Shown here piece by piece: positions 57,901 through 64,000 of a DNA stretch of 64,000 bases; the first letter of the stretch is position 1, and each line of letters starts with the position of its first letter. The stretch is from Desulfurococcales archaeon (GTDB lineage: Archaea > Thermoproteota > Thermoprotei_A > Sulfolobales > NBVN01), in contig JALWZB010000052.1 of assembly GCA_027002995.1 (NCBI GenBank), positions 196 to 64,195 on the forward strand, read 5' to 3'. The position numbers and the translations under genes were made by a program. The notes beneath the pieces were generated by a model that did no database searches, was not told the DNA's origin, and saw only the letters and a list, made by a program, of their open reading frames with translations.

Positions 57901-58326
57901 GTCGAGGACTGACCTAACCATGACTGGCAAGTTACCGAGCGGTATTTCCTGCCTAGCTACTTCGATCCCGTTCTCGTAGAGCACCACCGTTAACCGCATG
58001 GGGGCTGCATATGTTAGGTTCCTTATCCTAGCAATCATGGGTGTTAGGCGTTCAATGTTCCCTTCGACCTCACGGAACTGCGGTTCACCAATCTTTATGT
58101 CTTGAATCTCTATGTACACACCCGCTTGATTAGTCTCTATTCGACCGAATTCCTTAACTATGCGTTTAATCCATGAGGTTACGAAGGCGTTGAAGGAGTC
58201 GAGGTGCTGCCTGACCAGCCCCTTCTCCTGCAGGAAAGCCTGCATTAGCACCCAACGATCCTCGGGTGTCAGCACATCATCATTCTTTTTACTTACTTCC
58301 TGCGCCACTCTCCCATCACCCCGCAA
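54904..58326 (-). CDS. rpoB: DNA-directed RNA polymerase subunit B (unsplit)
   Basis: 1140-aa ORF; [24 protein letters not shown]-terminal Zn ribbon CEECG...CPIHG. Confidence 0.97.
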   Translation of the reverse strand: MRGDGRVAQEVSKKNDDVLTPEDRWVLMQAFLQEKGLVRQHLDSFNAFVTSWIKRIVKEFGRIETNQAGVYIEIQDIKIGEPQFREVEGNIERLTPMIARIRNLTYAAPMRLTVVLYENGIEVARQEIPLGNLPVMVRSVLDPTSRMSKEELIRIGEDWRDPGGYFIVNGSEKVIVTQEDLAHNRVFVDVSKEGSNITHSAKVISASAGYRVPIILDRHKDGVLMINFPPIPTKVPFVVMMRALGLEKDRDIALAVSTDPEIQNELIPSLYHAREIRTQEDALDFIGSRVALGQAREARIERALQILDNYFLPHLGTTPEARLAKALYLGQMACKLLELALGRREPDDKDHYANRRLRLAGDLMAQLFRVALKQFIKDFRYQIEKHRLKGRRLNLRALARPDLVTDRIKHALATGNWVGGRTGVSQIIDRMNWVSMHSHLRRTVAPLSRGQPHFEARDLHPTQWGRICPFETPEGPNCGLVKNLALSAYISVGTDERAVFAVLKELGVVPAVEVYERLRNGDVNLLTNLSRYAKVFLNGTLVGYYLKEDASDLVKKVRELRRSGRLHHEVNISYLKTEYLNEVYVNCDPGRVRRPLLIVENGKPKITKEIIEKLKSGELRFSDLVRLGVVEYLDAEEEEDTYIAIDPEDLTPEHTHLEIWPPAIVGIAAATIPYAEHNQSPRNAYQSAMAKQAVGLYAANFHLRFDSRGHFLHYPQRPLVQTKFLDVTGYNDRPSGQNFIVAVLSFTGYNMEDALIMNKSSVERGLARSTFFREYSTEELRYAGGQRDRIEIPDPSVRGYKGRDNYLLLDSDGIISPEIEVNAGNVLVGKTSPPRFLEEYKEFGLTGVSRRDTSVTLRHGDKGVVDSVVITVSGEGNRLVRIKVRDLRIPEIGDKFASRHGQKGVIGLLVPQYDMPYTPDGITPDLIINPHALPSRMTVGQLIETIAGKVAALAGRSVDGTPFYGEKVEDLQRELLLLGYPADGTEPMYDGRTGELIMTPVFIGIVYYQRLHHMVTDKIHARARGPVQLLTRQPTEGRAREGGLRFGEMERDCIIGHGAPILLRERLLENSDKTVIYVCEECGMIGWYDRRRGKLVCPIHGDKGKLHPVTVSYAFKLLIQEMMSMLIYPKLILKDRFGGE

Positions 58327-58564
58327 TCACGAACCTGTAAATAACTATCTTGCCCGCGGTTGGCGAATTCCTAATTATCCTAACAACATCGCCTGGCTTA
58401 GCCCCAATTTCCCTAGCAACGGGGTCTGATGCCCTAAGTAAGGGGAGCTGCTGAGGCGTTACACCCAATTCCTTCAATATTTTAATAGCTTCCTCTTTCG
58501 GCACTACCTCATGCTTCGGGACGAGCTCATGATCCATGATTCTGATTTTCTTCTTTCCGGACAT
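58316..58564 (-). CDS. rpoH: DNA-directed RNA polymerase subunit H (Rpb5 homolog)
   Basis: 82-aa ORF; [35 protein letters not shown]. Confidence 0.94.
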   Translation of the reverse strand: MSGKKKIRIMDHELVPKHEVVPKEEAIKILKELGVTPQQLPLLRASDPVAREIGAKPGDVVRIIRNSPTAGKIVIYRFVIAG

Positions 58565-58684
58565 GAATTATCAACCCGCTACTCCCAGCTAACTAGGAAA
58601 TCTGGAATCCTAATTATAAGCTTTAACGCGTGAATCAACGCCTCACTCGATAAGTTTAAGTTTGCGATATAATAAAGATGTTGG

Positions 58685-58799
<115 letters not shown>

Positions 58800-58868
58800 C
58801 AATTACCACTCATATGGATCCTCTGGAGGGAATGATTTTTACTTTGTAAGGAACCGCATTAATGAGGG

Positions 58869-58918
58869 ATGATCTAGGTCTATAAGCGCTGAATAATGAT
58901 GAGAAACCCACGCGGTGA
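58869..58918 (+). ncRNA. C/D box sRNA candidate with swapped box quality
   Basis: AUGAUCU-AGGUCUAUAAGCG-CUGA-AUA-AUGAUGA-GAAACCCACGCG-GUGA. The canonical boxes are internal and the degenerate ones terminal. Confidence 0.35.
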
Positions 58919-58967
58919 CTTCGTTCGTTCTCGACCCTAGTTTGCTTTTAATTGCACAGGATAATTA

Positions 58968-59022
58968 TCAGGCAAATGCCTTCTCATCAACCACGTAGGT
59001 CAGTACCGGAGGTACTCATCAC
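58968..59022 (-). ncRNA. C/D box sRNA (canonical architecture)
   Basis: Minus strand: GUGAUGA-GUACCUCCGGUA-CUGA-CCUACGUGG-UUGAUGA-GAAGGCAUUUGC-CUGA (7-12-4-9-7-12-4). AATTTAAG TATA-like box is centred about 32 nt upstream of box C. Confidence 0.8.
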
Positions 59023-59088
59023 GTGATGCTCTACTATCGAGTCCTCCACTTAAATTAGGTTTACTATAACCTTATTTAGGGCTTAAGT

Positions 59089-59334
59089 ATGGTGAGCATC
59101 ACGCGAATACTGCGGGCGATTGAGATACCCTTGATGCTGGTGCTTTACGGCATTGTCTGGATTGCCGTGCAACCATTTCTGATTATGGGTTTACGTATAC
59201 TTGATACCGGCACGCCCGTCCTACGTCAAGTCATCAGTGTCGTTGCGTACCTGTTAATTAATGCTGCCTGGCTCTTCCTATGGTACAAGCTTACGAAGTA
59301 TATACGTGATCGTTCACTTCTGAAGCAAAAATGA
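59089..59334 (+). CDS. small membrane protein (81 aa), unknown function
   Basis: ORF with two hydrophobic segments (LMLVLYGIVWIAV, VVAYLLINAAWLFLWY). Confidence 0.5.
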   Translation: MVSITRILRAIEIPLMLVLYGIVWIAVQPFLIMGLRILDTGTPVLRQVISVVAYLLINAAWLFLWYKLTKYIRDRSLLKQK

Positions 59335-59338
59335 GGGC

Positions 59339-59388
59339 TCAGCGCTACAGTGGTTCATCACGTTCAGTCCGCCCGTCGTAGACATCAT
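59339..59388 (-). ncRNA. C/D box sRNA candidate immediately downstream of leuS
   Basis: Minus strand: AUGAUGU-CUACGACGGGCGGA-CUGA-AC-GUGAUGA-ACCACUGUAGCG-CUGA. The 3' half is perfect; the 5' guide is 14 nt and the K-loop spacer 2 nt. Starts 13 nt after the leuS stop. Confidence 0.6.
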
Positions 59389-59401
59389 AGCCCAAGAGTA
59401 G

Positions 59402-62395
59402 TTACTTAGCACCGGTTACATAGATTCCGGGTTTCCACGGAAGGGCTTGCTTCTTCTTCCCGCTCATGTCTGGAGCTTCGGGGTCGTCGGCTCGGTAGAT
59501 CCCAACAACCTTCACCCCAACCTCACGCTCTACGTAATGCCTTAACTCGCTAATAGCTTCCGCCTCGTCGATCCCGCCTGCCTTCTTGAGCATATTCATT
59601 ACCTCAGGATCTATCGACACTGCGAGCTCTAGTAATGCCTTGCCTACTCTCGGAACTTCCTTCCCCTTCACACCCATTTCTTTAGCAACGTACCGCATTA
59701 CGTCCCCGATCTTGCCTCCTGCGTTTATGATTTCAGCTACCTTGAGGAGGTGAGTGTATGACTCCTTAGGAACTACGTAAACCACGATACCCTCACCCTT
59801 GCCGATGACTTTCAGTACCTCCTTGACGTCCTGAATTAGCCTCCTAACGTACTCGACCTTCAGTAGCGCATCCTCATGCGTCATCCTCCTTAACTCGTCC
59901 TCCGGAAGCCAGCGCTCCCTTACAACTAGCGTATCCTTGCCGATAGCGTGCCATAGTTCCTCAGCTATGAAGGGTGTATAGATCGACATCAGTTTTATCC
60001 ATTCCTCAATAATTCTCTTGAGGATCTTTGAAGGCTTATCAACCATCTTGAGGTACTCCTCAATGTCTTGGGGTATTAGGTAGAATATCCTGATCCCAGC
60101 CGCCCTTACGCGGACGTTCTCCAACTCGCCGATCGCTCTCCTCACATGTAACGCGAATCGGGACATTATCCACTTCTCAGCTATGCCCTCACCCTCCGCA
60201 TCGCACTTGCCGTACAGGTCCCTAATCATGGTCTCCACTTTCCTGAGCCTACTGCCGACGTTATCCACTAGCTCTACGGTGAAGTTCATGTCTGCTTCAA
60301 CTTCAGCACCTAACGTCATTGCTAACCTAACTACGTCTGGCGAGAACGTGTTCACTAGACCGTGTAGGATCATCACGTTACCTTTTGACTTCGACATCTT
60401 CTCCCCTTTAACGAGGACCCAACCGTTGGCCACTATCTGCTTAGGCCACTTTTCCGGTGGGTATATGGCTGCGTGGTTGAATATGAAGAACGTTAGGTGA
60501 CTAGGTATTAAGTCCTTACCGCTGTTCCGGGAGTCTAGGGGGTACCAGTAGTTGAATTCTTCCCTTAACTCCTTAAGCACGTCCTCACTGACACCTGTCT
60601 TGATGGACACTTCCTTAGCGTCTCCTTCACCTAGCATTACGTAATCCCAGAACTCCGGTGTTAGCTGAGTGTCGCTTATCCCATATTTCCTTACTTTATG
60701 TATAACTGTGTAGAACGCCATGTAGATCGTCGAGTCGCTTAAGGACTCTATTATCCATCCTTTATCCCACGGTAACTCCGTGCCTAGCCCCCGGCTCCTA
60801 GCGCATGCCCTCGCCTTAAGCCATTCTATGGTTGCTATGAACTCACTACGTCTTGCCTCAGGTATTATCCTCATCCTAGCTAGTAGCTTCCTTGCTAATT
60901 CCTTCCATTCGGGGTTACCGTAGTCTAGGAACCACTGATCTCTCAGTAACTTAACAACGATTTCAGCACCGCACCTGCAGTATACTGGGGCATTCATTAA
61001 TTCGTACGCGATGTACGCATAATTATTCTTCGTTAGGTACTCCTTTATCCTCTCCCTAGCCTCCTGTACTGGTACGCCGTTAATTGACTCAGTGATGAAT
61101 TGCCTCGCGCCTGGAATTATCTCCTTAACTACTAGCTTTTCTAAGCCCTCCCTCATGATGCCCTTACTGTGTTCTGCCCTGTATATCTCCTTCGTGGCGT
61201 CCTCGAGCTTCTCTGTATCCTCCTGAGACTTTACGCCCCTACGCTCTACCGCATCCTTCGCAGGAACATCACTGTAGCCCTCAACGACTATTAACGGAAT
61301 GGGCGTCAGATCGCCCCACTCTCTCTCTCGGAACTTCATCACGTAGTCCCTGAGAGCCGCGTAGTCGTAGGGTGCATGGGCCGGCACACTCATCACTATG
61401 CCCGTTCCGAAGCCCTCAGACACGAACGTTGCGGGCAGTATCTCAGCCTCACGCCCTGTTAAGGGGTTAATGACCTTCCTACCTACCAGTTCTTTCCCAG
61501 GAACCCTCTCAACCACCTTAAGGTCTAGCTGGAAGGACAGGCGCCAGGCCGCCTTACATGCAAGGAACCACTTCTCAGTCCTCCCACCTACGTTAACATC
61601 GCAGATGCAGTACTCTACGTTAGGGTTGACCCAGATGTTCGTTACTCCAAGCACGGTTTCCGGCCTTAACGTGGCTGTGGGGTAGAACTTCCCTGAATTA
61701 TCCACGAACTTTATGAGGGTGACTTCCCCAATCTCCGGTTCCACGTCGTCCTTGGTGTCATGCATCCCAACAGGCATCTCGTCCCTAGGGCACCATCCAA
61801 CCGGGTGTGATCCCTTAACTAGGTATCCCTTCTCCTTTAGCTTACTGAACTGCCACCGGATGAATGCCTTGAATTCAGGGTCTACTGTAGTGAATTCACG
61901 TCTCCAGTCTATTGACAGGCCGTAGAACCTCATGGCATCCTTCGATATGCTGTGGAAGTACCTGGCTAGCTTCAGTGGCTCCGTTAACTTGCGGAACTCC
62001 TCCTCAGGTATTCCGAAGGCTGCAGCCATGCTCCTTATGAAGTTCTCATCGCCTGACGCTACCTTGCTTGCTGTTGAGAGTATTGGCGTGCCCGTGTAGT
62101 GAAAGCCCATTGGGAACAGCACGTCGTATCCTAAAGCCCTCTTGAACCTGGCGATGACGTCGGGTATCACGTAGGTCCTAGCATGACCTATGTGCGCTGG
62201 TCCGTTGGGGTACATGAAGGCAGCCGTTATGAAGTACTTCCTCCTGCTTGGGTCTGGGTCTGCTTCGTAAACTTTCTCCTTCTCCCAAACCTCAAGCCAC
62301 TTCCTTGCGATACTCTTTAAATAATCGATGTAAGAAGCCATGTCATTGACATTACTTGGAACCTGCGTTCCTTTACCGCTATTCTCGTTAACCAA
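59402..62395 (-). CDS. leuS: leucyl-tRNA synthetase
   Basis: 997-aa ORF; PNGPAHIGHARTY (HIGH), KMSKSKGN, CP1 editing domain. Confidence 0.96.
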   Translation of the reverse strand: MVNENSGKGTQVPSNVNDMASYIDYLKSIARKWLEVWEKEKVYEADPDPSRRKYFITAAFMYPNGPAHIGHARTYVIPDVIARFKRALGYDVLFPMGFHYTGTPILSTASKVASGDENFIRSMAAAFGIPEEEFRKLTEPLKLARYFHSISKDAMRFYGLSIDWRREFTTVDPEFKAFIRWQFSKLKEKGYLVKGSHPVGWCPRDEMPVGMHDTKDDVEPEIGEVTLIKFVDNSGKFYPTATLRPETVLGVTNIWVNPNVEYCICDVNVGGRTEKWFLACKAAWRLSFQLDLKVVERVPGKELVGRKVINPLTGREAEILPATFVSEGFGTGIVMSVPAHAPYDYAALRDYVMKFREREWGDLTPIPLIVVEGYSDVPAKDAVERRGVKSQEDTEKLEDATKEIYRAEHSKGIMREGLEKLVVKEIIPGARQFITESINGVPVQEARERIKEYLTKNNYAYIAYELMNAPVYCRCGAEIVVKLLRDQWFLDYGNPEWKELARKLLARMRIIPEARRSEFIATIEWLKARACARSRGLGTELPWDKGWIIESLSDSTIYMAFYTVIHKVRKYGISDTQLTPEFWDYVMLGEGDAKEVSIKTGVSEDVLKELREEFNYWYPLDSRNSGKDLIPSHLTFFIFNHAAIYPPEKWPKQIVANGWVLVKGEKMSKSKGNVMILHGLVNTFSPDVVRLAMTLGAEVEADMNFTVELVDNVGSRLRKVETMIRDLYGKCDAEGEGIAEKWIMSRFALHVRRAIGELENVRVRAAGIRIFYLIPQDIEEYLKMVDKPSKILKRIIEEWIKLMSIYTPFIAEELWHAIGKDTLVVRERWLPEDELRRMTHEDALLKVEYVRRLIQDVKEVLKVIGKGEGIVVYVVPKESYTHLLKVAEIINAGGKIGDVMRYVAKEMGVKGKEVPRVGKALLELAVSIDPEVMNMLKKAGGIDEAEAISELRHYVEREVGVKVVGIYRADDPEAPDMSGKKKQALPWKPGIYVTGAK

Positions 62396-62473
62396 CTCAG
62401 CGCCACCTAACCTACTAGTACTGGCGTCATTTAAGCATTTAACGCATGCGAACCTAATACTGCGGGAGGACGG

Positions 62474-63658
62474 TTGTCAAGGTATATAGAGGCACGTAAG
62501 TTCCCTGCAAGGGGGTTGGGGGAGAAGGTGTTTGAGCTCCTAGATGAGTTGAGTGAGCGTGAACCCGAGCTAGGGGACCACCGCTCTTTAGGTCCGATGA
62601 TGTCCGCACCTCTGCCCGTGTCGTTGAAGGCACACATGGTTTTTCTCAGAAGGAATTTGAATGACCTTCACTGGTTTAGGGTGTCGGCTGACCTTCTTCA
62701 CGAAACAGTCACTATGCTAGGAGACCTTCTCGGCAACCCTGAGGCTCGAGGCATATCGACGTATGGCGGTAGCGAGTCTAACCTAACGGCCCTCTACGCG
62801 TTGCGGGAGGCGGGTTACGAGAACGTGGTTGTGCCGCGCTCTGCACACGCCTCTGTTTTCAAGGCATGCAGAGTGTTGCAGATGCGTATATTCGTTGCTG
62901 ACGTAGATGAGGAGCTTAGGGTTGTGCCTGAGAGCGTCCGTGCGGTCGTTCGTGAAGCGGATGGTGATTCAGTAATCCTCCTCACTGCAGGCAATACTGA
63001 GACGGGGGTCATAGATGATGTGAGGGCTGTTCATGACTTAGTACCGGATGCTCCGATATTCGTTGATGCCGCGTTCGGCGGTTTAATAGCCCCATTTATT
63101 ACAGGCTTAAGGAAATTACCTGATTTTGACTTCCGTATTGATGGCGTTGTCGCGCTGAGTTTGGATGGGCATAAGGCTGGGTTGACCCCCATACCCTCCG
63201 GCATGCTATTATTTGGAAGGGAGGATCTGTATGATAACGTGGTCTTCGAGAGCGAGTACATGGGGTCTGAAAAGCAGTTAAGCTTGCTGTGGACTAGGAC
63301 AGCTGCGTCAGTTGCGTCGCTTTGGGCCTCAATAAAGTACCTTGGGCGTGAGGGCTTCGAGAAAACCTACAGTGAGTGTATAAGGATAGCTGACTACGCG
63401 TATGAGCGCCTCCTCAGTGAAGGCTTTAACCCTACTAGGCCGGAACTTCCCCTCATGTGCATACGGCATGATGAGTTACCTGGTATAGAGCTCCTTTGGA
63501 GGCTACGTAAGATGGGGTGGTACGTGTATTCATGCCCTAGCCTTGGCGGGATCAAGATCACCATAATGCCTCACATAACAAAGGAAGTGATTGATGCTTT
63601 CATCGATGACTTAGTGAGGGTGGCTAGGGACATTAAGGCTTCAAGCGTGAACAGTTAA
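62474..63658 (+). CDS. mfnA: group II PLP-dependent decarboxylase (MfnA-type L-tyrosine/L-aspartate decarboxylase)
   Basis: 394-aa ORF (TTG start); SLDGHKAG with the PLP lysine, GGSESNL, TAGNTETG. Confidence 0.82.
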   Translation: MSRYIEARKFPARGLGEKVFELLDELSEREPELGDHRSLGPMMSAPLPVSLKAHMVFLRRNLNDLHWFRVSADLLHETVTMLGDLLGNPEARGISTYGGSESNLTALYALREAGYENVVVPRSAHASVFKACRVLQMRIFVADVDEELRVVPESVRAVVREADGDSVILLTAGNTETGVIDDVRAVHDLVPDAPIFVDAAFGGLIAPFITGLRKLPDFDFRIDGVVALSLDGHKAGLTPIPSGMLLFGREDLYDNVVFESEYMGSEKQLSLLWTRTAASVASLWASIKYLGREGFEKTYSECIRIADYAYERLLSEGFNPTRPELPLMCIRHDELPGIELLWRLRKMGWYVYSCPSLGGIKITIMPHITKEVIDAFIDDLVRVARDIKASSVNS

Positions 63659-63661
63659 GTT

Positions 63662-63709
63662 TCAGAAATGCGGGGTCGATCACCCATCACGCCGTGTTCC
63701 GCTCATCAT
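63662..63709 (-). ncRNA. C/D box sRNA candidate
   Basis: Minus strand: AUGAUGA-GCGGAACACGGC-GUGA-UGG-GUGAUCG-ACCCCGCAUUU-CUGA (7-12-4-3-7-11-4). Its 3' end lies 4 nt from the convergent mfnA stop. Confidence 0.6.
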
Positions 63710-63811
63710 CGAACATCACTGCCGTCTGAAGGGTAAAAATTGTTTTGTACTATGCTTGAGGAACCTTCTTTACTTCATTTTCCACCCTAATCGTTGGGGG
63801 AATCTTGGCAC

Positions 63812-64000
63812 ATGTCGTTAAGGGCACTTGTTAAGGTGGACAGTAAGGGAAGGGTAACCATACCCCTTTACTTAAGGGAGGCTATCGGCATAGAGCCTGA
63901 ATCGTACGTGGAGCTTGAGGTAAACAGGGATGAGGGCGTGATTATCCTGCGACCAGCATCGACGCCTGGAGAACTTGCTGTCGACTTCGAGGTGCTCCTG
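63812..64000 (+). CDS. AbrB/SpoVT-type (MazE/VapB-like) DNA-binding protein, partial at the window edge
   Basis: ATG 63812; KVDSKGRVTIPLYLREAIGIEPESYVELEV is a swapped-hairpin AbrB motif; the ORF is still open at 64000. Confidence 0.7.
   Translation, partial: MSLRALVKVDSKGRVTIPLYLREAIGIEPESYVELEVNRDEGVIILRPASTPGELAVDFEVLL

Noticed and set aside
59017-59028. The perfect 12-bp palindrome CATCACGTGATG, first considered as a transcription-factor site upstream of the 81-aa ORF
   Set aside because: It is explained by box C (GUGAUGA) of the canonical C/D sRNA on the minus strand plus its 5' flank. The nearby GTACC-GGA-GGTAC hairpin is the D' guide.

Overview
Archaeal chromosomal window, Thermoproteota/Crenarchaeota and Thermoproteales-like, judged from gene content, an unsplit rpoB, SD sequences matching GGAGGUGAUC and a tRNA intron at a non-canonical position. 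All calls come from reading the ORF track and sequence by eye; no database search was run. Most of the window is core information-processing genes: argS; feoB; an aRF1-family gene; aIF5B carrying an intein; ndk-L24e-S28e-L7Ae-gltX; an isoprenoid block (GGPP synthase, type-2 IPP isomerase, isopentenyl-phosphate kinase); Memo-like; S2-rpoN-S9-L13-L18e-rpoD-S11-S4-S13; S10-EF1alpha-S7 / S12-nusA-L30e-rpoA2-rpoA1-rpoB-rpoH; leuS; mfnA; tRNA-Ser(GGA); and an intron-containing tRNA-Lys(UUU). An accessory segment (about 25-41.3 kb) holds an orphan ORF with an A+C-skewed tract, a surface-glycan locus (flippase, Thr-rich anchored protein, polytopic membrane proteins, LbH acetyltransferase, epimerase, UDP-sugar dehydrogenase) and a sulfate-activation island (cysC, sat, DHH phosphoesterase, AP-superfamily hydrolase, two TSUP permeases, two small RHH proteins). 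GH31 glucosidase, an MBL hydrolase and a Cys/Met PLP enzyme follow. Main hunt results: (1) the aRF1-family gene has no in-frame start codon, and its 5' end resembles the bacterial prfB +1 recoding site, with TAG-TGA-TAA in tandem; the same protein has NIKL, YxTxxxF and GGW in place of NIKS, YxCxxxF and GGQ. (2) feoB and one TSUP gene likewise encode essential N-terminal motifs upstream of any canonical in-frame start. (3) There are four to six unannotated C/D box sRNA candidates, one fully canonical. (4) A 260-aa protein without GHMP motifs sits immediately upstream of ipk, where many archaea encode mevalonate kinase. (5) The sat-cysC island lacks reductive genes. No CRISPR array, transposase or integrase was seen.
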